Part shown: positions 8,820 through 16,721 of the stretch, piece by piece
Layout of the letters: every line of letters starts with the position of its first letter
How positions within the stretch are numbered: position 1 is the stretch's first letter
Assembly (NCBI GenBank): GCA_046861395.1
Contig: JBHHUC010000025.1
Span: 1 to 28,162, forward strand
Direction: 5' to 3'
DNA from: Fidelibacterota bacterium
GTDB taxonomy: Bacteria; Fidelibacterota; Marinisomatia; Marinisomatales; JABMOV01
Length of the DNA: 28,162 bases
The notes under the pieces: model-generated
Seen by the model: only the letters and a program-made list of their open reading frames with translations
What the model was told of the DNA's origin: nothing
The model's database searches: none
Made by a program: the position numbers and the translations under genes

Positions 8820-9593
8820 ATTTCTACCCGGATTCATCCGACTGCCCTTATTGGTAACAATGTTGTGCTGGGTGAACAGGTCCGCATCGGACCGTATTCC
8901 ATTATTGAAGACAATGTGACCATCGGGGATGAGACCACGATTGGGAATCATACCACCATTTGTCGTGGAACCACCATCGGTTCCCGCTGTACCATTTATC
9001 ATTCCTGTTCCGTCGGTGAAGCGCCCCAGGATTTGAAATATCGGGGCGAGCAAACCCATACCAAAATCGGTGACATGGTCATTATTCGTGAATTCGTAAC
9101 TATCAACCGAGGCACCGTTGCGTACGGTATTACCGAAATCGGTGATAATACCCTCCTCATGGCCTACGTTCACATCGCTCATGATTGTATTGTGGGACAC
9201 GATGTAGTGTTTGCCAACTTGGCGACCCTGGGCGGACATGTGGAAATCGGGGATTATGCTTCTCTGGGCGGAGGCGTGCTAGTACATCAGTTTACGCGTA
9301 TCGGAGCCCATGCCTTTATCGGCGGTGGATTTCGTGCCGTACAGGATGTACCGCCCTTTATTATGGCTCAGGGCGAACCGCTGCAATATGCTGGTATTAA
9401 CAGCGTCGGGTTACGCCGCCGGGGTTTCACTCCCGACGACCGCCGCGTCCTGAAAAAAATCTATCGTCTTTATTTTCGTTCTTCCCTATCCCGCCGGGCC
9501 GCTCTGGATGCCATTACATCGGAATTTCCGGACCATGAACTGGCCCACTCGGTACGGCAATTCATCGCCGCATCGGATCGTGGCATTATTTAA
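8820..9593 (+). CDS. lpxA: Acyl-ACP--UDP-N-acetylglucosamine acyltransferase; start probably ATT at 8820 (ORF track starts at GTG 8865)
   Basis: PQDLKY, IREFVTINRGT, HIAHDC, LGGHVEI, VHQF, QDVPPF, NSVGLRRRGF. The in-frame upstream codons give STRIHPTALI, the usual LpxA N-terminus. Confidence 0.95.
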   Translation: MSTRIHPTALIGNNVVLGEQVRIGPYSIIEDNVTIGDETTIGNHTTICRGTTIGSRCTIYHSCSVGEAPQDLKYRGEQTHTKIGDMVIIREFVTINRGTVAYGITEIGDNTLLMAYVHIAHDCIVGHDVVFANLATLGGHVEIGDYASLGGGVLVHQFTRIGAHAFIGGGFRAVQDVPPFIMAQGEPLQYAGINSVGLRRRGFTPDDRRVLKKIYRLYFRSSLSRRAALDAITSEFPDHELAHSVRQFIAASDRGII

Positions 9594-9598
9594 GCGAC

Positions 9599-10279
9599 AT
9601 GAACCTCCGCATTTTTTCCACTATTCTCCTACTCTCATTCTGTCATGCCCAATGGATTGATCTGGACCTGACTCCGGAATTGGGGACGGGATTCAAGGGG
9701 CAGGTCGCGCCACTGATTCAGGGGCTGGCCCTGGCGACAACCGTCAGCAGTACCCGTTCGGTTACTCACAATCATCGCATCGCTGTGAGTGGAACGATGA
9801 TCAATCTGCACAGCAATGCCTTCCGGGGATCATTTCCGCTGGTATCGGGACTGGTAGCGGCGGCGAAGAATCTGACATTGAGCGGTTCCCTGGCGGCCTT
9901 CCGGTCGGACAATGATATTGTACTGCACACGGGCTATGGTCTGGGCATTGTTCCCGGCGAATCGCCCTGGGAAATATCCCTCCATGTGGGCACACTCCAA
10001 GGAAGCCGAAACCTGCGTCTCCACAGTCTGCAACTGGCAGCGACCTACGGAACGTCCCTGGGATCGGTTCCTCTTGATTTCCAATTCGGCTTTATCGATA
10101 CCCGGGCCACCTTTTCCTTTCCCGGTGTGGCTGATGCACCAAAGACGCTGAACCGGAGGTTTTATGCCCTGCAACTGGCCACGGCAAAAGAATGGGGAAC
10201 AATATTGTTTGTGCCGAAACTTATCTGGCATCCGGAGGTTGTACTTCTTTCACTGGAAACACGATTGAATATTTATTGA
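9599..10279 (+). CDS. Hypothetical exported beta-strand-rich protein, possible small outer-membrane beta-barrel
   Basis: Signal peptide ending CHA|Q, alternating polar/hydrophobic strands, C-terminus LETRLNIY ending in an aromatic residue; TGATG overlap with dxr. Confidence 0.65.
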   Translation: MNLRIFSTILLLSFCHAQWIDLDLTPELGTGFKGQVAPLIQGLALATTVSSTRSVTHNHRIAVSGTMINLHSNAFRGSFPLVSGLVAAAKNLTLSGSLAAFRSDNDIVLHTGYGLGIVPGESPWEISLHVGTLQGSRNLRLHSLQLAATYGTSLGSVPLDFQFGFIDTRATFSFPGVADAPKTLNRRFYALQLATAKEWGTILFVPKLIWHPEVVLLSLETRLNIY

Positions 10280-11427
10280 TGAAACGTAGACTGTGCATCC
10301 TGGGCTCCACCGGCTCCATAGGCGTCAACGCCCTGAAGGTCGTGGCAAATTTACCTGACGAATTTTCCATCAAGGTTCTCACGGCCCGAACCAACTGGCA
10401 ACGTCTGGCGGAACAGGCCCGGCGCTGGCAACCGGACACGGTGTGCATCGGAGACGAACATTATCATGATTTACGGGCGGCTCTGCGGGATTTGGATATT
10501 ACCGTGGTGGCTGGACGACAGTCCCTGCTGGACCTGGCGGGGCGGACCGACATTGATCTGGTTCTGAATGCCCTGGTGGGATCGCCGGGCATGGAACCGA
10601 CATTGCGGGCGGTTCAGGCCGGTGTCAATGTGGCGTTGAGCAATAAGGAAAGTCTGGTCATGGCCGGTGCTGTGATTACGGAAGCTGCCGCCCGTTCCGG
10701 CGCCCGCATATTTCCTGTTGACAGTGAACATTCGGCCATCTGGCAATGTCTGGCCGGTGAATCCGCCCAGGATATCCGCCGGATTATTCTGACCGGTTCC
10801 GGCGGTCCTTTTCGTACCCGGGACCGGGCCACATTTTCCACGATAACCCGGGAAGAAGCGTTACGGCATCCCAACTGGTCCATGGGGAATAAAATTACCA
10901 TCGATTCGGCCACCATGATGAACAAGGGGCTGGAAGTGATTGAAGCAAAATGGCTGTTTCAGCTGGATCATGATCAAATCGACATTGTTGTTCATCCCCA
11001 ATCCATTATACATTCCATGGTGGAGTTCAGGGATGCATCCGTGAAGGCGCAGCTTGGGGTTCCGGACATGAAAGTGCCCATTCAGTATGCTCTGACCTAT
11101 CCCGAGCATCGGCCGGCGCCCTGGGAGCGGCTGGACCTGGTGGCGCTGGGGAGCCTGACCTTCGAACCTCCCGATTTTAATCGTTTTCCCTGTATCCCGC
11201 TGGCCTTTAAGGCCATGGAAGGGGGCGGAACGGCGCCGGCAGCCCTGAACCTTGCCAACGATCAGGCCGTGGCGGAATTCTTAACAGGAAACATAGGTTT
11301 TATGGACATACCAAATTTGATTGCCAGTGCAATGGATCGTCATTCCTTCACGGCGGACCCGACCCTGGAAGATTTTCTGGCGCTGGAAAAGGAAATTCCC
11401 GCCATCATTACAGAGGACTTATCATGA
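10279..11427 (+). CDS. dxr: 1-deoxy-D-xylulose 5-phosphate reductoisomerase (start ATG 10279, 382 aa)
   Basis: ILGSTGSIG, LSNKESLV, PVDSEHSAI, TGSGGPF, HPNWSMGNKITIDSATMMNKGLEVIEA, HPQSIIHS. Confidence 0.97.
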   Translation: MKRRLCILGSTGSIGVNALKVVANLPDEFSIKVLTARTNWQRLAEQARRWQPDTVCIGDEHYHDLRAALRDLDITVVAGRQSLLDLAGRTDIDLVLNALVGSPGMEPTLRAVQAGVNVALSNKESLVMAGAVITEAAARSGARIFPVDSEHSAIWQCLAGESAQDIRRIILTGSGGPFRTRDRATFSTITREEALRHPNWSMGNKITIDSATMMNKGLEVIEAKWLFQLDHDQIDIVVHPQSIIHSMVEFRDASVKAQLGVPDMKVPIQYALTYPEHRPAPWERLDLVALGSLTFEPPDFNRFPCIPLAFKAMEGGGTAPAALNLANDQAVAEFLTGNIGFMDIPNLIASAMDRHSFTADPTLEDFLALEKEIPAIITEDLS

Positions 11428-12596
11428 CCACCTTATGGGCAACTATACTTGTTCTCGGTGTCCTGGTCTTTGTTCATGAACTGGGACATTATCTGGCGGC
11501 GCGGTCGGTTGGCGTTCGGGTGGAACGTTTTTCCATCGGTTTTCCGCCCCGTTTATTTTCATTTACTTCCGTTCCCGGGGGCTGGGAATTCACAATCTTT
11601 TTCTATGCCCGCCAGGAAGGGAAATGGGTATGGTCGCCGGTCTGGACTACCACCTTTTCCCGTCCCGGAAAAAAAGGAAGCGGAACGGAATATTGCCTGG
11701 CCCTGATCCCCATCGGCGGTTACGTTAAAATGTCCGGTGTCATCGATGAAAGTCTGGACACCACCATTGAGCATAAACCCTATGAACTCATGAGTAAACC
11801 GAACTGGGCCCAGGCCTGGGTCATGAGTGCCGGTGTCATTATGAATATTCTGTTGGCCTTGGCTATATATACGGGAATTTCCTGGCACACGGGGCGGCCG
11901 GAACCGCGGGACGAACCGGTCATCGCGGAAGTAATCCCCGGCATGCCAGCCGAATCAATCGGACTCCAATCAGGTGACAGGATTCTGTCTATTAACGGTG
12001 ATCCCATTGAAACCTGGACTGAAATGAGTTCCCGGGTCCATGCCATTCCCAATGCGGACATTCTTCTGGTCTGGGAGCACGACGGCGAAAAGCGGGAAGC
12101 CCGTGTGACCACATCGTGGCAGCAACGTCTGGTTGATGGAAAAATCGATACCCTGGGTGCCATCGGCATCTACCCGCAAATTGATTATATCGAAATCGGA
12201 TTGGGAGAAGCGATCAAACTGGGTGCCCGGTCCACGGCCGGTTCGGTCTTGCTTATAGGCTCCAGCCTGTCCATGCTATTTTCCGGGGAAGCCTCCATCA
12301 AGGAGCTGGGTGGACCGATTGCTGTGGCGCAGATGGCGGGTGAATCGGCCAAGGCCGGCTGGGTGAATTTGCTGGTATTCATGGCCTTTTTCAGTATCAA
12401 TCTGGCCTTTATCAATATATTACCTGTTCCGGGTCTGGACGGCGGCCATATCCTGGTCACCCTGATTCAGGCAGTTATCCGGCGTCCTCTGTCCGTCAAG
12501 TTCCGGCTGGTGATTCAACAGATCGGAATGGCATTGCTTTTATTGCTTTTTGCGACGGTCATTATCAATGATATCGGGCGCCTGTTTACGGGATAG
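11424..12596 (+). CDS. rseP: RIP metalloprotease RseP (M50) with one PDZ domain
   Basis: HELGH zinc motif, IPIGGYVKM, AGVIMN, PDZ (PAESIGLQSGDRILSING), NILPVPGLDGGH; ATGA overlap with dxr. Confidence 0.95.
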   Translation: MTTLWATILVLGVLVFVHELGHYLAARSVGVRVERFSIGFPPRLFSFTSVPGGWEFTIFFYARQEGKWVWSPVWTTTFSRPGKKGSGTEYCLALIPIGGYVKMSGVIDESLDTTIEHKPYELMSKPNWAQAWVMSAGVIMNILLALAIYTGISWHTGRPEPRDEPVIAEVIPGMPAESIGLQSGDRILSINGDPIETWTEMSSRVHAIPNADILLVWEHDGEKREARVTTSWQQRLVDGKIDTLGAIGIYPQIDYIEIGLGEAIKLGARSTAGSVLLIGSSLSMLFSGEASIKELGGPIAVAQMAGESAKAGWVNLLVFMAFFSINLAFINILPVPGLDGGHILVTLIQAVIRRPLSVKFRLVIQQIGMALLLLLFATVIINDIGRLFTG

Positions 12597-13308
12597 CCGC
12601 GGCCGTTTTTATCCGTTTTAATTTCATCACCAGTGATCCGTATTTCAGTTTGATGACAATCTGCACTGGTAATTTTTGTTTATCATCACTGAACCATACC
12701 GTCATATCGCCCTGATTCTTGAACAGGGAAGCATCCTCTCGGAACGGAGAATACACCAAACAGGGATAGGTCCCGGCCGGAACGTGCAGAATTTCTCGAT
12801 GTGTAATGCGAGTCATGAAGCGTGTAAATGTGCCGTTGTCGAAGGTATTGAAGCGTAAGGTATCCCCTGGAGACAGGGGAATGGTACGCAGGTAATACAA
12901 GAGGGAATAAGGGTCACGGATGGGTTCGGCGATATGGAAGGTATCGTGGCGGGTCGTGATGATTTTTCCGATGCGATCCACTCGTAAGGACGTTTTCCGG
13001 CGGTAATTTCCTTCCCGCAGTCGTTTTTCCTGGTGGGCGGTGGTTAAATCATCCAGATAGAGCCAGGTATCAATCCGGTCACGGATCTTAAAAATACGAT
13101 CAGCAATAGCTCCCGTTCGGGCCTCAAAGCGCATGTGCAATGTTTTATCCCCATCGATTTCTTCCACACCCAAATTGGACAACGTGGCCTTCCCGGCGGG
13201 GATAACGTTGAACTGGGCGGTATATTCCAAACGTTCGCCGGCTGGCAGGGAAGGAATCTGAGCCGGGAGAATCATCCCCAGCAACAGGTAGATCAGGAAT
13301 TTCTTCAT
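12586..13308 (-). CDS. DUF3108-like exported protein
   Basis: Signal peptide, GERLEY, REG.YRR, DPYSLLYYLR, REILHVPAGTYPC, VWFSDD..KLPVQI patterns typical of DUF3108. Confidence 0.75.
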   Translation of the reverse strand: MKKFLIYLLLGMILPAQIPSLPAGERLEYTAQFNVIPAGKATLSNLGVEEIDGDKTLHMRFEARTGAIADRIFKIRDRIDTWLYLDDLTTAHQEKRLREGNYRRKTSLRVDRIGKIITTRHDTFHIAEPIRDPYSLLYYLRTIPLSPGDTLRFNTFDNGTFTRFMTRITHREILHVPAGTYPCLVYSPFREDASLFKNQGDMTVWFSDDKQKLPVQIVIKLKYGSLVMKLKRIKTAAAIP

Positions 13309-13877
13309 GGTCGGATCATCTTCAGAGTTGAATGGTCTAATTTGAAAATACGTGAACCGGACGAGGCCGGTAAATGACCGCCATCAATCAAAAGATCAAT
13401 TTCAGATCCGAACTGCCGTTCAATTTCGTCGGGATCATTACAGGGAGCCTGACCGGTGCGGTTTACGCTGGTCGTCGTCAGGGGTTGCCCCAGCCGGGCG
13501 ACGATACTCAGGATGGACGGTTGCCGTGGAATTCGTACACCCAAAGAATGATCCGGACCCAAAAGGGAAGGATGGACAATTCCTGGTTTAACCGGGAAAA
13601 TTACGGTAGTAGCGCCGCCCAATTCGGTCAGGATTGTTGCCCATTCATCGGGAGTACATCGGGCCCAGGTACGGGCCGTGGCTGTATCCGGTGCAATGAC
13701 ACTCATGGGACCGGTTCGGCCCTTGATGCGGTTGATTCGTTGAATGGCCTCACCGTCGGTACCGATGACACCGAAGCCGTATAAGGTATCGGTGGGATAA
13801 ACCACTAAACCGCCTTTTTTCAGCGTTCCAACAGTATCGCTGACGATGGATGGATGGGAAAGGAGCCGACGATTCAT
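13305..13877 (-). CDS. tsaC: L-threonylcarbamoyladenylate synthase (Sua5/YrdC family, single-domain form)
   Basis: VVYPTDTLYG, IKGR, LGVRIP, PLTTTSVN, LLIDGG motifs. Confidence 0.9.
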   Translation of the reverse strand: MNRRLLSHPSIVSDTVGTLKKGGLVVYPTDTLYGFGVIGTDGEAIQRINRIKGRTGPMSVIAPDTATARTWARCTPDEWATILTELGGATTVIFPVKPGIVHPSLLGPDHSLGVRIPRQPSILSIVARLGQPLTTTSVNRTGQAPCNDPDEIERQFGSEIDLLIDGGHLPASSGSRIFKLDHSTLKMIRP

Positions 13878-14737
13878 GGTTGTGTTTTCCAGCGCCGATG
13901 GAACCAGAAATACTGTTCCGGATGGCGGCGGATGATGGTTTCCATTTCCGTAGTATAGCGCTGGGTCAATGCTGTCAGATCACGTTTTTCCGGTGGCGTG
14001 ATTATCTTGAAATGGATTTCATATTCGAAAGGTTGCCGCTGTATGCATACTCCCAGAATCAGTGGTGCTCCTGTGCGATAATGAAATACGGCTGTTCCCT
14101 TAGGCGTGGAGGAAGGCCGATTGAAAAAAGACACGAAAAGGCCTTTCCGGCGGGCATCCTGGTCACTCAGCAGGCAGAGAATCTGTCCTTGGCGAATGAC
14201 ATCAGTCATGGCTGTCGATCCGGCTTTTTGCCAGATCTGTTGGAGTCCGACGGCTTCGCGCCGTTCATAGAAAAAGCGATTGGCACCGGGATTATGTTGT
14301 TTCTGGACAACCGGTGCGGTGGGATAACCGTGTGACCCCAACCAGGCGCCCAAGATTTCCCAGGAACCGAAATGACCCGTTACAAGAATAGCACCCTTTC
14401 CCTGGTGCAGGGTAGCATCCAATTGGTCACGGCCCACGACGGTGATATGAATATCCTGCAGGGATTCGGGAAATCCAAGGAAGTGGATCAGGTTCCAGGA
14501 ATAGGATTGATAACAGGCGTGAGTGGTTTTTTTATACCAGGGCTCTGATTTCCCGGGAAAGGCTTTCCGTAGGTTTTCGAGTGCAGTATTCTTGCGCAGT
14601 GTCAGGACGAAGAAGAACAGTTTGGTGAGGCGCTTGGACCAGCGGTAACGGGACGCGGGATGCAGTTTGGTCATAACGGCATGAAGACAGGAAAGAACCC
14701 TGTAGGACATGGTTTTTGTGGCACTGTCAGAAATCAT
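13874..14737 (-). CDS. Lipid A secondary acyltransferase, LpxL/HtrB family
   Basis: NLRKAFP, LVTGHFGSWE (HX4E), LLSDQD, FVSFFNR, IRRHPEQYFWFHRRWKT. Alternative start ATG at 14710. Confidence 0.9.
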   Translation of the reverse strand: MISDSATKTMSYRVLSCLHAVMTKLHPASRYRWSKRLTKLFFFVLTLRKNTALENLRKAFPGKSEPWYKKTTHACYQSYSWNLIHFLGFPESLQDIHITVVGRDQLDATLHQGKGAILVTGHFGSWEILGAWLGSHGYPTAPVVQKQHNPGANRFFYERREAVGLQQIWQKAGSTAMTDVIRQGQILCLLSDQDARRKGLFVSFFNRPSSTPKGTAVFHYRTGAPLILGVCIQRQPFEYEIHFKIITPPEKRDLTALTQRYTTEMETIIRRHPEQYFWFHRRWKTQP

Positions 14738-14844
14738 AGACGATGAATAAAAGGCCGATGTATGCGACGAAATTCCGGCGGGGAAATCTACTTAGCAATC
14801 ACCTGTCGCAGATAACAGAATTTTCCCAAATATTGGTAGTGAAA

Positions 14845-15000
14845 TAAAGATTAAAGATAAAAGTGACATGACAAATTCAGGCCAAAACCACTAACCGTAT
14901 TTTGAAAATCGATATTTGAAATTCGTTTCCGTCATAATGTAACTATCCAATTCTTCATTCCTAATTCTTCATTAACTACCCCGTTTCCCGCCTCCCGTTT
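14845..15000. repeat. Cluster of short degenerate heptamer-period tandem repeats in the divergent intergenic region
   Basis: TAAAGAT x2 (14845-14858); TTTGAAA-ATCGATA-TTTGAAA-TTCGTTT (14901-14928); AATTCTT-CATTCCT-AATTCTT-CATT (14949-14973); CCCGTTT-CCCGCCT-CCCGTTT (14980-15000). Confidence 0.6.
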
Positions 15001-15123
15001 TCGATTAAATAGTGGAGGAGAATAAATCCGGTTAAATTGCATTCATACATAATCGCATGAATCCCAAATACAATTTCATAACTTTACACCGGTGGAAAGA
15101 ATGAAAAACAGGGAATTATATTC

Positions 15124-16098
15124 ATGAAAGTAGGGGTAATCGGTGTCGGACATCTGGGACAGCATCATGCCCGGCATTATGCCGCCATGCCAACGGTTGA
15201 TCTGGTAGGTGTCTATGACACGGACAGGCAGCGAGCCGAAGAAATCGCCGGGAAAACGGGATCAAAAGCATACCGAACCATGACGGACCTAATGGCCGCC
15301 TGTGACGCGGTTTCCATTGTAACTCCGACCCGTTATCATGCCGAAGTGGCTACGACCTGTCTCCAACAAGGATTACATGTATTCATTGAGAAACCGATTA
15401 CAAAAACGGTGGCCGAAGCCAATCACCTGTTATCCCTGGCCAAAGACAGGCAAGCCATCATCCAGGTGGGACATATCGAACGGCTGAACCCGGCTCTCAT
15501 GGTCCTGCAGGATGTGGATCTGGCTCCGAAATACATCGAGGTACAGCGGTTGGCGCCGTATACCACACGGGGGACGGATGTCCCAGTGGTGCTGGATTTG
15601 ATGATTCATGATATTGACATTATCCTGGCCTTGGTAAAATCCCAGGTAAAAAATATCCGTGCCAGCGGCGTTTCCATCATGACCGATTCGGTTGATATCG
15701 CCAATGCCCGCATCCGCTTTGAAAACGGTACGGTAGTGAACATGACTTCCAGCCGTATTGCCAAGGATAAGGTGCGAAAGTTTAAAATTTTTCAGCAAAA
15801 TCTCTATGTGACAATTGATTTCCTCTTGGGCTTGACAGAAATCTACCGGGTCCGGGATAAATCCCCGGATAAAAACCAGTCACTGTTGACGGCACCGCTG
15901 GACAGCAATGGTCGCCAGCGGGAAATAGTTTATGATAAACCGCCGGTAAAGTCCTTCGATGCCCTGCAAATGGAATTAACCAACTTTGTTCAGACGATCC
16001 AGGGGCATGCCCGGCCCATTGTAGACGGCCAGGCCGGTCGCGATGCCCTGGAACTGGCCATCACCATTCATGACATGATTATAGAAGACATACACTGA
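15124..16098 (+). CDS. Gfo/Idh/MocA oxidoreductase, GnnA-like UDP-GlcNAc 3-dehydrogenase
   Basis: GVIGVGHLG..HA, HVFIEKP, QVGHIERLNPA, R.TDVPVVLDLMIHDIDII, DIANARI.F..G, SRI; heads the lpxB-lpxK operon. Confidence 0.85.
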   Translation: MKVGVIGVGHLGQHHARHYAAMPTVDLVGVYDTDRQRAEEIAGKTGSKAYRTMTDLMAACDAVSIVTPTRYHAEVATTCLQQGLHVFIEKPITKTVAEANHLLSLAKDRQAIIQVGHIERLNPALMVLQDVDLAPKYIEVQRLAPYTTRGTDVPVVLDLMIHDIDIILALVKSQVKNIRASGVSIMTDSVDIANARIRFENGTVVNMTSSRIAKDKVRKFKIFQQNLYVTIDFLLGLTEIYRVRDKSPDKNQSLLTAPLDSNGRQREIVYDKPPVKSFDALQMELTNFVQTIQGHARPIVDGQAGRDALELAITIHDMIIEDIH

Positions 16099-16099
16099 T

Positions 16100-16672
16100 A
16101 TGGATATTCGCAAATTCTTTTTTTCCAACCGCAGTTACACTCCCATCCCTCTGGCCCTCCTTATTATTTATAATGCCGATCCCATCTGGCATCTGCTTCC
16201 TATCGGGGCGTTTCTGCTTGCAGCGGGAGAATGGCTGCGGCTGAATGCAGTACGCTATGCCGGTGGGGCTACACGCACCATGAAAGTGGGTGCGCCATCC
16301 CTGTGCACATCTGGACCGTACGCCTATGTCCGGAATCCACTTTACGTGGGGAATATGATCATATACACGGGCATTGCATTTCTGGCCGGTGGTCAGGCCC
16401 TCTGGTTCATGCTAGTGCTGACATGGTTGTTCTTTGGGGTACAATATGGGTTAATCGTCCATCTGGAAGAAGAGACGCTGGATAAACTGTTTGGCAGTGA
16501 TTACGCCACCTACAAAGAATTTATCCCGGCTCTGATTCCCCGTTTCACACCCTGGTCCGGCCGCGACGACCGTGAACCGGCCTCCTGGCGCAAGACCTTC
16601 AAAACCGAAAAGCGGACGCTGCAAAATATCCTGTTTATCCTGATCATCCTCTGGTTACGTGTAACCATCTGA
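16100..16672 (+). CDS. Isoprenylcysteine carboxylmethyltransferase (ICMT/Ste14/PEMT) family membrane methyltransferase; candidate LmtA-like lipid A phosphate methyltransferase
   Basis: LCTSGPYAYVRNPLYVGN and EEETL...FGSDY..Y...IPALIP motifs, several TM segments. The LmtA-like role is inferred from context. Confidence 0.85.
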   Translation: MDIRKFFFSNRSYTPIPLALLIIYNADPIWHLLPIGAFLLAAGEWLRLNAVRYAGGATRTMKVGAPSLCTSGPYAYVRNPLYVGNMIIYTGIAFLAGGQALWFMLVLTWLFFGVQYGLIVHLEEETLDKLFGSDYATYKEFIPALIPRFTPWSGRDDREPASWRKTFKTEKRTLQNILFILIILWLRVTI

Positions 16673-16721
16673 GCCGGAATGCCCCTTCCTGACGTTTTCG
16701 TTCAAATCCGAAACAGCCCCC

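Noticed and set aside
10192..10278. N-terminal extension of Dxr in the ORF track
   Set aside because: Overlaps the upstream gene; Dxr homology begins at MKRRLCILGSTGSIG (ATG 10279, TGATG coupling).
14845..15000. CRISPR array or IS ends in the repeat-rich spacer
   Set aside because: Repeats are only 7-14 nt with no spacers, no cas or transposase gene and no terminal inverted repeats.
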